From NCBI GenBank assembly GCA_002369415.1, contig DFEZ01000010.1, positions 6,059 to 70,058 of the forward strand: DNA of 64,000 bases, written 5' to 3'. Numbering within the stretch: position 1 is the stretch's first letter; each line of letters begins with the position of its first letter. The notes below the pieces were generated by a model. That model saw nothing but the letters and a program-made list of their open reading frames with translations. It ran no database searches and was not told the DNA's origin. The stretch comes from Bacillales bacterium UBA3789 (GTDB lineage Bacteria > Bacillota_I > Bacilli_A > RF39 > UBA660). Below are positions 20,198 to 30,884 of this stretch, in pieces. The position numbers were made by a program, and so were the translations under genes.

Positions 20198-21643
20198 TTA
20201 CTGATTTTCTTCTCTTAATTTTCTTCTTGCAACTGCATCGTAGGCTTCTTCTTCATCGTTGAAATATATTGTTCCTGTACTTAATTTTTCATATGTTTCA
20301 TTACCTTTTCCAAGAATTAAAACCATATCATTTGTCCCAGCCATATCAATTGCTTTTGTAATAGCTTCTCTTCTATCTAGTACTATTTCATAATTATCAT
20401 GTTTATCTTTTAATTCTGATATTATGTCTTCACATATTTTCATAGGATCTTCACTTCTTGGATCTTCATAACAGAATATTGCATGAGATGCATTTTCTAC
20501 TACTACATTACCTACTTTAGGTCTTTTATACGGATCTCTTTCTCCAGCTTGTCCTATTACAACGATACTTTTATTTATATTTAGTGTATGAACAAATTGT
20601 AATAGTTTAGCAATTCCGTTTGGAGTATGTGCATAATCAACCATTACATAGTATGGAGTATCTGTTTTTAATAAGTCTAATCTTCCTTCTACTTTTATGT
20701 TTTTAATGTTATCTAATATTTTATCTAAATTAAAACCTGCAGCAATAGTCATAAGTAGTCCACAAGCTAGATTATATACATTAAAGTCTCCCATCATTGG
20801 ACTATTAACATTTATTTCTTTACCTTTATATTTATAAACTATATCTGTATGATCTGGGTATACTTCATAACTTACTATTTGTAGATCATTATCTTCTGCT
20901 TTACCATATGTTAATACTTGTCCGTTGCAAGCACTCTTCATATCTTCAAAGTATTTATCATCTTTATTTAAGATACAGAATCCTTCTTTTTTAGTTTGTT
21001 TAAATAATTGTTTTTTACATTCTAAGTAGTTTTCAAATGAACCATGAATATTTAAATGTTCTGAAGTTACATTAGTATAACCTGTTACATCATAAGTCAT
21101 TGCTTGTAGACGTCCTCTAAAGAAAGCTTCAGAAGATGCTTCCATTACTGCGTATTTACAACCATATTTTACGAATTCATCTAAATACATATATAGTAAA
21201 TGGGCATCTGGTGTTGTATTTGGATTATCTCCTTTAAACTTAGCACAGCTTCTTCCATTAGTACCAATATAACCACATTGATCACTTCCAATTAATGTTT
21301 GGATAATTGTTGCTGTTGAAGTTTTTCCATCAGTTCCAGTAATTGCTATCATCTTTAGTTTTTGATCCGGATAATCATAAAACTTTTGACAAAGATATGG
21401 AAGTTCTCTATTAGTATCAGGTACTTTAATAATATTAACACCATCTCTTCTAATATCTTTACTTACTATAAATGATTTGCATCCATTTTTAATTGCGTCA
21501 TCTATAAAGTCATGTCTATCTGCAGTTACTCCCATAGTACATACAAATAGGTCTCCTTCTTCTACTTCTTTTGAATTTATTTTAATTGCTTTAATTACAT
21601 CATTTGATCCACATCCTGGATATAATTCTTCTAATGTTTTCAT
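20198..21643 (-). CDS. murE: MurE-type UDP-MurNAc-dipeptide amino acid ligase
   Basis: ITGTDGKTS, TTPD, MEASS, DYAHTP and LGKGNE motifs; specificity motif reads EDPR. Confidence 0.92.
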   Translation of the reverse strand: MKTLEELYPGCGSNDVIKAIKINSKEVEEGDLFVCTMGVTADRHDFIDDAIKNGCKSFIVSKDIRRDGVNIIKVPDTNRELPYLCQKFYDYPDQKLKMIAITGTDGKTSTATIIQTLIGSDQCGYIGTNGRSCAKFKGDNPNTTPDAHLLYMYLDEFVKYGCKYAVMEASSEAFFRGRLQAMTYDVTGYTNVTSEHLNIHGSFENYLECKKQLFKQTKKEGFCILNKDDKYFEDMKSACNGQVLTYGKAEDNDLQIVSYEVYPDHTDIVYKYKGKEINVNSPMMGDFNVYNLACGLLMTIAAGFNLDKILDNIKNIKVEGRLDLLKTDTPYYVMVDYAHTPNGIAKLLQFVHTLNINKSIVVIGQAGERDPYKRPKVGNVVVENASHAIFCYEDPRSEDPMKICEDIISELKDKHDNYEIVLDRREAITKAIDMAGTNDMVLILGKGNETYEKLSTGTIYFNDEEEAYDAVARRKLREENQ

Positions 21644-21743
21644 ATAATCACCTATTTATCATTATACAGTAAAGGTTAATTAAATTAAAGTCTTTTTCTT
21701 GATATTATAATGGTTTTGGTCTAAAATTAATTAAGGTGATTAT

Positions 21744-22655
21744 ATGAGAACAATGATATTTGGTGCAGGTTCAGATTTAGGAGTTCATATCGATGGAGCT
21801 TCTTTAGGACCAGTACAATTAATGAATGACTTAGCATCATTTTATCAAGGTGAAACAATGATGTTTGAGCAAGATAAATCAATTATTAAAAGTAGAAATT
21901 TATCTGATAGAAGAAAAAATGAATATGAAGTAGAAAAGTTTAATACACCTTTATATAAAAGTATAGTAGAAAAAACAAAAGAAGAATATTTTCCAATACT
22001 AATTGGAGGAGATCATAGTGTATCAGTTGCTTCTGCACTTGCTTCTGCTAAGGTTAATACAGATGTTGGTATTATTTGGATAGATGCTCATACTGATTAC
22101 AATACTTTTGAAACTACAGTTACTGGTAATCTTCATGGTTTGCCACTTGCAGCTATTACAGGTTATAAATGTAATGAAATGAGATTCTATCATGATGGTA
22201 AGATTATTCAACCATCAAGATGTGTAGTAATTGGAGCAAGAAGTATAGATGATGCTGAAAAAGATAATGTTAGATATTCTGGTATTACAGTTTTCTCTAC
22301 TGAAGATGTTAGAGAAAAAGGAATTGAAGCAGTTATGGATGAAGCATTCAAGATTGCTGGATATAAAACAAAGGGTGTCCATGTTAGTTTTGACTTAGAT
22401 GTAATTGATCCTGATATTGCTCCTGGAGTATCAATTCCAGAGTTTGATGGAATTACTGAAGAAGAAGCAATGGAAATAAATGCTTATTTAGTTAATCATT
22501 TTGATAAGATAGTTTCATTTGATTTAGTTGAATTTAATCCATTAAGAGATCAAGATAGAAAGACAGAGCAAATCGCATTAAATATTTTAGCTCAAATTAT
22601 TAGAGCAGCAGAAAATAAAAAGAAGATAGAAACTCCAAACTATATTCAATATTAA
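21744..22655 (+). CDS. rocF: Arginase
   Basis: GGDHS, DAHTD, TGNLHGLP (arginase-type), SFDLDVIDP..APG and EFNP motifs. Promoter TTGATA-17-TAAAAT at 21699-21727. Confidence 0.85.
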   Translation: MRTMIFGAGSDLGVHIDGASLGPVQLMNDLASFYQGETMMFEQDKSIIKSRNLSDRRKNEYEVEKFNTPLYKSIVEKTKEEYFPILIGGDHSVSVASALASAKVNTDVGIIWIDAHTDYNTFETTVTGNLHGLPLAAITGYKCNEMRFYHDGKIIQPSRCVVIGARSIDDAEKDNVRYSGITVFSTEDVREKGIEAVMDEAFKIAGYKTKGVHVSFDLDVIDPDIAPGVSIPEFDGITEEEAMEINAYLVNHFDKIVSFDLVEFNPLRDQDRKTEQIALNILAQIIRAAENKKKIETPNYIQY

Positions 22656-22663
22656 AACAAAAT

Positions 22664-22690
22664 AAAAACGATTGATTTCAATCGTTTTTT
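22664..22690. terminator. Bidirectional terminator between arginase and ftsZ
   Basis: AAAAACGATTGA-tt-TCAATCGTTTTT between convergent genes. Confidence 0.85.
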
Positions 22691-22698
22691 TATTTTAA

Positions 22699-23817
22699 TT
22701 AAAAGTTTCTATCTCTTAGGAAAGATGGAACATCTCCATAATCACCAGAAGTTGTATCATCATCTGATGAGTCATCAGTTAATACTTCTGGTTGATATGT
22801 GTATTCTTCTCTTGCTGGTTGTCTTCTTTCTTTTCCGGCAGTATATTCAGGTCTTGGTTCTGGTTTTTTCTTATCAAAACCTGTAGCGATAACTGTAACA
22901 ATTACTTCATCAGTTAAGTTTTCATTAATAACTGAACCGAATATTGTATTGATATCTGTATTTGAAGCACTTCTTACTACTTCTGCAGCTTGCTCTGCTT
23001 CAAATAATGTTAAGTTAACTCCACCTGTAATATTAATGATTGCATCTGTTGCACCTTCAATAGATTGTTCAAGAAGTGGACTTGATACAGCTTGTTTAGC
23101 AGCTTCAAGTGCTCTATCTTCTCCCATACCAATACCGATACCGATAATAGCACGACCTGAATCTTTCATTACTGTTCTAACATCAGCAAAGTCCAAGTTA
23201 ACAAGTCCTACTACAGCGATTAAGTCAGAGATTGATTGAACACCTCTACGTAATACGTTATCAACTTCTTTAAATGCTTCAAGCATTGGAGTTGATTTAT
23301 CGATTATTTCTCTTAATCTATCGTTTGGAATAACTATTAATGTATCAACATGTTTCTTTAATTCTTCAATTCCTGCTAGAGCATTTTCCATTCTTCTTTT
23401 TCCTTCGAATGAGAATGGCTTTGTAACGATTGCTACTGTAAGTGCTCCTAAACCTTGAGCTATTTCTGCAACTACTGCAGCAGCTCCAGTTCCAGTTCCA
23501 CCACCCATCCCAGCAGTAATGAATACCATGTCTGCTCCTGAAAGAGCATCTTCTATTTCTTTCTTAGATTCTAGTGCTGATTCTTTACCAATTTCAGGTT
23601 TTCCTCCAGCTCCTAATCCATCAGTTAAAGTTGATCCGATTTGAATTTTAACATCTGCTTTAGAACTATTTAGTACTTGTAAGTCTGTATTAGCAGCAAT
23701 AAATTCTACTCCTTTAACACCAGATTCAACCATTCTATTGATAGCATTTCCACCACCGCCACCTAAACCGATGACTTTGATTTTTGCTAATTGATCCATT
23801 TCTAACGATCCTACCAT
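22699..23817 (-). CDS. ftsZ: Cell division protein FtsZ
   Basis: GGGGGN, GGGTGTG and NLDFAD motifs; C-terminal DVPSFLR. Confidence 0.98.
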   Translation of the reverse strand: MVGSLEMDQLAKIKVIGLGGGGGNAINRMVESGVKGVEFIAANTDLQVLNSSKADVKIQIGSTLTDGLGAGGKPEIGKESALESKKEIEDALSGADMVFITAGMGGGTGTGAAAVVAEIAQGLGALTVAIVTKPFSFEGKRRMENALAGIEELKKHVDTLIVIPNDRLREIIDKSTPMLEAFKEVDNVLRRGVQSISDLIAVVGLVNLDFADVRTVMKDSGRAIIGIGIGMGEDRALEAAKQAVSSPLLEQSIEGATDAIINITGGVNLTLFEAEQAAEVVRSASNTDINTIFGSVINENLTDEVIVTVIATGFDKKKPEPRPEYTAGKERRQPAREEYTYQPEVLTDDSSDDDTTSGDYGDVPSFLRDRNF

Positions 23818-23829
23818 AACCTTTTCCTC

Positions 23830-25077
23830 CTAATCTACGAAAAAGTGTCCAAACACCTTACCTATCATATTATCATTTGCAGTAGCTTTAGAATCTACTG
23901 TTTTTAATGCTTCGATATCTTCATTAGATACCATATTATAATGTTTTCCTCTTAAGTCTAATTTATCATTGAAATATTTAATAGTTCCATAGCAACTACT
24001 AAACTTATTATGTCTAACTCCAATAGTATTTGCGTTACACACTTTGGCAACGAACCCAAATTCTTGTTCAACAAGATTTGAAAAACCTTCTAGTTCGCTC
24101 AAACCACCTGTTATTATTATATAACGTATTTCCCTGTTTGTTAAGTTTTTTATTTCTTTTTTAGAAAGATTTAAAATTTCTTTAACTCTTGCTTCTACGA
24201 CTTTAGAAACACCTAATTGATTTACTTCTTTTGTATCTCCTTTAGCTATTTCATATACCCATGTTTCATGGCTATCAGCTAAGTCTGCAAGAGCAACAGA
24301 AAACTCTTCTTTTATCTTTCTAGAATCACTTAATTTAGATTTAAAAATATATGTAATATCTTTATCTACATTTTTACTTCCCATAGGAATTACACTATTC
24401 TTAATTTGAATTCCTCTATTGAAAACAGAAACATTAGTAGACTCTTCTCCAATATTAATAATTGCTCCTACTAATTCATCATACATTTTGTTTTTAACTG
24501 AATAATAATCTCCAAAAGATGAATAACAAATATCTACTGTTTCTAATCCACTTAATTTTAATACTTCTAGTATTCTATATAGTGGTTCTTTTGCAGTTGT
24601 ACTTATAACTACTCTAGTTTCTAATTTATTACCTTTCATTCCTTTAGGATTATTAACATTTTTAACATCATCAATTGTAAAAGTAATAGGCATTGCTGTA
24701 ACTAATTCATTGTTAGTAAAATCTTGTCCTTTTAGGCTATCAAGTAATGCATTAGATACATCACTTCCAGTAATCTCCTCAGGATTTTCTACATCAGTAT
24801 TACCTAAGACAATATCCATATCACAGTTTTCTGGTGGAATACAGGCAATTACTTTAGTAATTTTAATTCCTAACATTTCATTTATTTGTTTTATAGCATT
24901 TTTAACACTATTAACAGCACTTTTAGTTTCAACAATAAAACCATTCTTTATACCAGAAGATGGACTACTAGTTGATGCTAATACATGATATTTTCCATTA
25001 AATTTTTCTGCTACAACTATTTTTATACTATCTGTACCTAAATCAATACTTGTATAAATATCACTCATAGCATTCAT
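23830..25077 (-). CDS. ftsA: Cell division protein FtsA
   Basis: SIDLGTDSIK actin-like motif and ITGG; directly upstream of ftsZ. Confidence 0.92.
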   Translation of the reverse strand: MNAMSDIYTSIDLGTDSIKIVVAEKFNGKYHVLASTSSPSSGIKNGFIVETKSAVNSVKNAIKQINEMLGIKITKVIACIPPENCDMDIVLGNTDVENPEEITGSDVSNALLDSLKGQDFTNNELVTAMPITFTIDDVKNVNNPKGMKGNKLETRVVISTTAKEPLYRILEVLKLSGLETVDICYSSFGDYYSVKNKMYDELVGAIINIGEESTNVSVFNRGIQIKNSVIPMGSKNVDKDITYIFKSKLSDSRKIKEEFSVALADLADSHETWVYEIAKGDTKEVNQLGVSKVVEARVKEILNLSKKEIKNLTNREIRYIIITGGLSELEGFSNLVEQEFGFVAKVCNANTIGVRHNKFSSCYGTIKYFNDKLDLRGKHYNMVSNEDIEALKTVDSKATANDNMIGKVFGHFFVD

Positions 25078-25127
25078 CTCCTATCTTCAAATTACATTAT
25101 ACTATAAATAATTATGTTTGACTAGTT

Positions 25128-26546
25128 TTAATTAACTCTTTTGAATAAATAGTACTCTTTATAATCATATACCAGTTCATATGATTTGTCTTTTTTTAAG
25201 TGCTTATATAATACTGCTTTATCAGCAACTAATAAATAATCAAAATTATATTTATCTAAGAATTTATTAATATCAAGCTTATTTGTGATTAGATCAAGAT
25301 ATTCTAGTAATATATCTTCTTTTTTATTATTAGACTTTAAGAACACTTCTGCTCTTGTATCTATATAAACTTTATAATTATTAAATTCAAGATATGGTCC
25401 TTCATCAAAGTCAGTATATAGTTTTATATTTTTATCTGTATTTTTATTAAGATATTCCACTACTTTTTCTGTATTAGATTTTAATACATAATTCTTATTA
25501 ATAATACTTCCTACAAAGAATGTAATTACAATCATAGAGCAAATTACATATGTCTTTACTGGAATAGATTTATCTTTTCCATCTTTAATTCTTACATATT
25601 TACTTATAAATGGTAATGTACTTATAAAGAGTAAACTACTATTTCTTAGGTTTAAATATGCCATAAATGTTGTTCCCAAAAGAAACAATACTTGATGAAT
25701 AGATAATTCTTTTCTATTTTTATAACTTAAGTAATATATTACTATTGAATAGACTATTAATAAAATAGATAACCATGTAGTTGCTGCATCAACAAATCCT
25801 ATATGATGCATTTCAATAATATTTGTATTTATTCCATTTACTCCATAAGATCTCATAAAGTAAGTCATGTTTTCTAGACCATATGGATTTATAAATCCTA
25901 CTAGTATACTTACTATGAATATAATTAGTAATTTAAGAAATCTTTTATCTTTCTTTAATAATAATTCTGCTAGATATGGTCCCATAAAAATAAATAATAT
26001 TGGCCATATAGAAGAATGTAAATTAATTAATAATATTGATAATAATACAATAAAATAGATACTCTTATTAGATTTGTTCTTAATAAATAGTTCTAATAAA
26101 TATAATTCTATTACTAGAATTAAAATACTAAATATTTGAGGTCTTGGGACAATAAACAATAATTCTAATAATAAATCTGTTAATACTGTTATTAATACTG
26201 ATGCATATACTTTTTTATTAGTTATTAACATACATAGTTTGTATAAGAAAAATATTATTAAAAGATTAATAACAAAAATAAATATATATAATCCGATATT
26301 TCCTAAGTAGTTATAAAATATATAAAAAATTGTACTACTTAACCATTGTTGCATAACGAAACTAAAATCATTATGAATAGTTAAAAATTCAGTATTAGGT
26401 ATACCACTTCTTAATACTTCTCTTCCATGACTAAGTAAAAACCAAATATCAGTTTCTCTACTCATATCTATTAGAAAGAAAAAGATAATTGGTAATATGA
26501 AAAATAAATAACTACTGTATTTGGATGGTTTATAATTTTTAAACAT
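25128..26546 (-). CDS. Multi-TM membrane protein, GT-C glycosyltransferase-like
   Basis: TM1 followed by loop ETDIWFLLSHGR..QQWLS; PRPQ, NLH and NPYG motifs; soluble C-terminal domain (YIDTRAE). Confidence 0.65.
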   Translation of the reverse strand: MFKNYKPSKYSSYLFFILPIIFFFLIDMSRETDIWFLLSHGREVLRSGIPNTEFLTIHNDFSFVMQQWLSSTIFYIFYNYLGNIGLYIFIFVINLLIIFFLYKLCMLITNKKVYASVLITVLTDLLLELLFIVPRPQIFSILILVIELYLLELFIKNKSNKSIYFIVLLSILLINLHSSIWPILFIFMGPYLAELLLKKDKRFLKLLIIFIVSILVGFINPYGLENMTYFMRSYGVNGINTNIIEMHHIGFVDAATTWLSILLIVYSIVIYYLSYKNRKELSIHQVLFLLGTTFMAYLNLRNSSLLFISTLPFISKYVRIKDGKDKSIPVKTYVICSMIVITFFVGSIINKNYVLKSNTEKVVEYLNKNTDKNIKLYTDFDEGPYLEFNNYKVYIDTRAEVFLKSNNKKEDILLEYLDLITNKLDINKFLDKYNFDYLLVADKAVLYKHLKKDKSYELVYDYKEYYLFKRVN

Positions 26547-28087
26547 TATTTTTCCTCCTGATATGATCCATCTACATTAATATTCCATAATTTATCTAAA
26601 TCATGATTATTTTTCTTTATCATATCTGCACAAACAAATCCACTATAAATAGAATGGTCCATATTATTATATGAATGTGTACCATTTCTTCCGATACAAT
26701 ATAAGTTTTCAAAATCATTTAAGTATGATCTTAATTTATCTATTTCACTATAACTATCAAAGTATGCAGGATATGCTTTTTTAACTCTATAGACACAACT
26801 ATCTATTACATCTCCTGATATAAACCCCATTCTTTTTAATTCTTCTTTAGCAAGAGCTTTTAATTCTTTATCTGATTTATTCCAGAAGGAATCTCCTTCA
26901 CTACAGAAATATTCTAGTCCCATCCAAATAGTATCTTTTGGTTTTTTTACCATGTATGGAGACCAGTTATTAAATATTTGAACTCTTCCCATTGTTACTG
27001 AAGGATCTTGAACATAAATCCAATTATCTGGAATACTACCATGAATTGTCTTTATATTTTTATGAGGTTTAAGATTTAGTTTATCTACTAAAACTCCAAT
27101 AGTTACAAAATCTCTATATGGTAGATTATTACTAATTTCCTTAATATTCTTAGGAATCTTATTCATATCATTAACTAAATCTTTCATAGGCATAGATGAG
27201 ACAACTATGTCACAATTAAGATCTGTCTTTTTATTATTATTCATATAACTAATACTTTTAATAATATTATTCTCATTATTAATCTTAGTTACTTTACTAT
27301 TTAGATAAATCTTTCCACCCATCTTCTCTATTTCTTTAGCGACATATTCGTATAATTCTCCAGGTCCATATTTAGGATATAAGAATTCTTCTATTAATGA
27401 TTTAGCTTTATTCTTATCTTTTATCTTAAATAATCTATGAAAATAATCAGATATTACTTTTCTGATAGAAATTCCTTTTGCTCTTTGACTTCCCCAACTT
27501 GGATCTATGTCTTTTGGTTCTCTCCCCCATACCTTAGTAGTATATTCTTTAAAGAACATAGAATATAATTTTTTACCAAAACTATTTATATAGAAATTCT
27601 CTAAACTTGTTTCTTCTAATTTAAATAATGAAGACTTTATATAACTAAAACCACAATTAATTGAAGTTACTACTCCCATATTTTTTAATGTTTTAAAATT
27701 CAAATTAACAGGATAATCAAAGAATTTTTTATTATAGTAAATTCTTGATACTCTATTTCTTACAAGCATGACTCTATCTTCTTTTTCTGGGTCTGGGCCA
27801 CCTTTCTTTAATGGTTTATTTAAGTCCAAGATAATGTCATCATAAGACTTATGTCCTTGAAGAGGTAGAATCTTTAACCAGAATTTTTTTACTTCATCAT
27901 TTTTAGTAAAGAATCTATGTCCACCAACATCCATTCTATTACCTTTATAATTTATTGTTTTAGATATTCCACCTACTTGAGAATCTTCTTCTAAAATAAT
28001 TACTTCTATATTTTTATTATTACTTAATAATTTATAAGCACAAGATAGTCCTGCTGGACCTGCTCCTATAATAACTATTCTTTTCAT
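26546..28087 (-). CDS. FAD-dependent oxidoreductase (HemY/UDP-galactopyranose mutase-like fold)
   Basis: GAGPAG, VGGIS, DVGGHRFF, KAYPAY and GRNGTHSYNNMDHS motifs. Confidence 0.8.
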   Translation of the reverse strand: MKRIVIIGAGPAGLSCAYKLLSNNKNIEVIILEEDSQVGGISKTINYKGNRMDVGGHRFFTKNDEVKKFWLKILPLQGHKSYDDIILDLNKPLKKGGPDPEKEDRVMLVRNRVSRIYYNKKFFDYPVNLNFKTLKNMGVVTSINCGFSYIKSSLFKLEETSLENFYINSFGKKLYSMFFKEYTTKVWGREPKDIDPSWGSQRAKGISIRKVISDYFHRLFKIKDKNKAKSLIEEFLYPKYGPGELYEYVAKEIEKMGGKIYLNSKVTKINNENNIIKSISYMNNNKKTDLNCDIVVSSMPMKDLVNDMNKIPKNIKEISNNLPYRDFVTIGVLVDKLNLKPHKNIKTIHGSIPDNWIYVQDPSVTMGRVQIFNNWSPYMVKKPKDTIWMGLEYFCSEGDSFWNKSDKELKALAKEELKRMGFISGDVIDSCVYRVKKAYPAYFDSYSEIDKLRSYLNDFENLYCIGRNGTHSYNNMDHSIYSGFVCADMIKKNNHDLDKLWNINVDGSYQEEK

Positions 28088-28088
28088 A

Positions 28089-29513
28089 TTAATTCTCCTT
28101 TATTGATTTTATTTTGTAGATAACATAGTTTTCATTATAAATTGTTTCTTCTTCAGTCTTATATATTTTCTCTAATTTATAGTGTTTTTTAATTATTTGA
28201 TCATATTTATAAATATTATTTAATATTCCAATATAATAAATGTCTTTATTATTATTTAGTTCTTTATCTATATATTCAAAATTAAAGTTTTTATTTTCTC
28301 TTTTTTCATCCCATACTACATATGTATAGTATCTATTAGCTTTATAATCATAGAATTTATAATCTTTAGAATATCCCATTATTGTACTTACATGAGCATC
28401 ATATACTGTTGTTATAATTGAATCTTTAGAAATGTTTTTTTTCATGTAATTATATGCTGACTCTGCTGCAGAATAACTTAATGTAATTTCATCAAAACAA
28501 CTTATTAATACATTTGGTATAAAGAAAATAAAGAATACTAATAGTATGAAATTACTCTTCTTACCATAATTAATAATACAAATAAAATATACAAATAAAA
28601 TTGTTAATAATGCATTATGAGATAATAAAGCTTCAAATACATATGATGAGATACAAGTAAATAATAATTGACTTAATAATAGTAATATTAGAAGTCTTTT
28701 ATTCTCTTTATATATCATTACTACGAATGAAATCATACATAGTAAAAATATTAGCATAAATATAAAATATTTATTTAGTCTAAAGCATCCAAACATTATA
28801 AAGAAATTTCTAAATATATTTGATAATCCAAAATTAGTATTAGTAGACATACTTATTCCATGAAATACTACTGGTAAAAATTGTAGTATTAGAAGAATTC
28901 CAAATATACATATTATGATAAAGCCTATAAGAATATTGATATTTTCTTTTTTAGTATTATTTTTTCTATTAAATAATAATTGATAAATATAAAATACTAT
29001 AAATAGTAAGAGACAAAATCCTCCCATAAAGATATGCGTATTTATTAATAGTCCAATTAATAAACCAATCAGTATTGCATTATCTTTTTTGTGTTCCCAA
29101 AGAATCGCTAATAAAGTAATTAATAAAACTATTAAAGCATAGCTTCTACCAACAATAGAATACTCATATAAAAATGGATATGAGAATACTATTGATATTT
29201 TATATATATCTTTTAATTTTGTTTTATAAATAATTAAATACGCTGATAAAGACATAAAAATTAAAGAAATAATATTTACTATTTTTAAACTAAATCCCAT
29301 CTTAACGAAAGGATATAGAATTATATAATAAAAGAACGGATGTCCTTCATAATGAATATTCTTTAATAGTTCTAAAAAATTCATATCACGGCATAATAAA
29401 TATGCTTGTACTTCATCTCTCCAATTTTCATGAAAGCAAAACATGCATAATATGAGTATTAAATAGATTCCAAATACAAGCATTTTTTTGTCTTTTGAAT
29501 TCATAAATATCAA
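28089..29513 (-). CDS. Multi-TM membrane protein, GT-C glycosyltransferase-like
   Basis: First loop HENWRDEVQA (acidic DE pair), YEGHP, EYSIVGRSY; about 11-13 TMs plus a C-terminal soluble domain. Confidence 0.7.
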   Translation of the reverse strand: MIFMNSKDKKMLVFGIYLILILCMFCFHENWRDEVQAYLLCRDMNFLELLKNIHYEGHPFFYYIILYPFVKMGFSLKIVNIISLIFMSLSAYLIIYKTKLKDIYKISIVFSYPFLYEYSIVGRSYALIVLLITLLAILWEHKKDNAILIGLLIGLLINTHIFMGGFCLLLFIVFYIYQLLFNRKNNTKKENINILIGFIIICIFGILLILQFLPVVFHGISMSTNTNFGLSNIFRNFFIMFGCFRLNKYFIFMLIFLLCMISFVVMIYKENKRLLILLLLSQLLFTCISSYVFEALLSHNALLTILFVYFICIINYGKKSNFILLVFFIFFIPNVLISCFDEITLSYSAAESAYNYMKKNISKDSIITTVYDAHVSTIMGYSKDYKFYDYKANRYYTYVVWDEKRENKNFNFEYIDKELNNNKDIYYIGILNNIYKYDQIIKKHYKLEKIYKTEEETIYNENYVIYKIKSIKEN

Positions 29514-29552
29514 AGTCTCCTTATCATATAATTTAACCCCTTAACATTTACT

Positions 29553-30881
29553 CTACTCAAAACTATATATATCAAATGAAGATACTTTTCCAATCTTCTT
29601 TGCATTATTTATTATATAATAATATCCTTTTTTATCAAGTTGAGTATGACCCTTTTCAATAGCAGTTTTAATTCCTTTATCTGTTCTAATTAGGAATTTT
29701 TTATCTTTATTCTTTTTTATAAGATTAACAATCTTCTTACTTCCATTATATCCTATATTTCCAGTAATCGGATAGTCTTTGTATGAAATATCCTGATTAT
29801 TAATAGTTCTAAACATAATCGCATCATAATCATAAATATATACATCATTTGATTTCATATATTTACTAACTTCTTTATAATAGTCTTCTTTTTCTTTAGA
29901 TATCATTAAAAGATTATACTTATTAATACTATTTGGATAATTAAACTTATTAGGTATTAAACTTCCAAATATAACTACAAATATTACTAATGACATCATG
30001 ATAGAAAATAATTTATAATTAATAATTTTCTTATCTGGTAATTGATCAATAATAATATAAATAAATGGTATTAATACCGATAATAAATGTGAAATATTAA
30101 ATATTGGGAAAAAGATTGAATAAAACATTAATATATAAATATATTCATTTTTCTTTTTCTTAATTATAAAATAAACTGTTATTAAAAGAATAATCATAAA
30201 TAATATAATCGTTGGATTAAAACCTTTTGTATTTTCAGTAAAATCAAATAATCCTAGAATACATATATCTATAAAACTATATAGTGATTTTGTAATTAAT
30301 AAATAAATAAAAGTTAATAATAATGGAATAATAAAACCAATTATTCTTTTCTTTATATTTATATTTTTAATATTAAATAAACTTGGAATAATAAAGAATA
30401 TTCCTACACTTTGTTTAGTTAGAAAAGCTATTGATATTATTAGACCAATTATGTAATCTTTATTTTTAAAATCTTTCTTTTCTAAATATATTAATAGTAT
30501 TAATAAAAAAAATAAGAATGAATTATATGTTGCGTATGAAAAAACTGGAAACAATAATAATATAATCATAAATAAATATCCTTTTTCACCTAATAACTTA
30601 GTAATTAGAATTACACTTATTAAAATATAGATACTATTAATGATATTCATAGTTAAAATATTATTATAGATATGAAGAAATAAACTCATAAAAATAGGAT
30701 AAAAAGGAAATAATACTACATTGAAATCTCTATATATTATTTCCCCTTTTGAAATAGCATTACTATATCCATAATTCCATAATAAATCTATATTATTTCC
30801 AAAGAATAACATTGATGATAATAAAAGTAATATGAAAAATACTGTGTAAATTGTTATTTGTTTCCAATTTTTTTTTAACAT
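29553..30881 (-). CDS. GT-C-like membrane protein, paralog 4 of 4
   Basis: DLLWNYGYS..I..GEIIYRDFN, TKQSVG and GNIGYNG, shared with neighbouring paralogs. Confidence 0.7.
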   Translation of the reverse strand: MLKKNWKQITIYTVFFILLLLSSMLFFGNNIDLLWNYGYSNAISKGEIIYRDFNVVLFPFYPIFMSLFLHIYNNILTMNIINSIYILISVILITKLLGEKGYLFMIILLLFPVFSYATYNSFLFFLLILLIYLEKKDFKNKDYIIGLIISIAFLTKQSVGIFFIIPSLFNIKNINIKKRIIGFIIPLLLTFIYLLITKSLYSFIDICILGLFDFTENTKGFNPTIILFMIILLITVYFIIKKKKNEYIYILMFYSIFFPIFNISHLLSVLIPFIYIIIDQLPDKKIINYKLFSIMMSLVIFVVIFGSLIPNKFNYPNSINKYNLLMISKEKEDYYKEVSKYMKSNDVYIYDYDAIMFRTINNQDISYKDYPITGNIGYNGSKKIVNLIKKNKDKKFLIRTDKGIKTAIEKGHTQLDKKGYYYIINNAKKIGKVSSFDIYSFE

Positions 30882-30884
30882 ACT

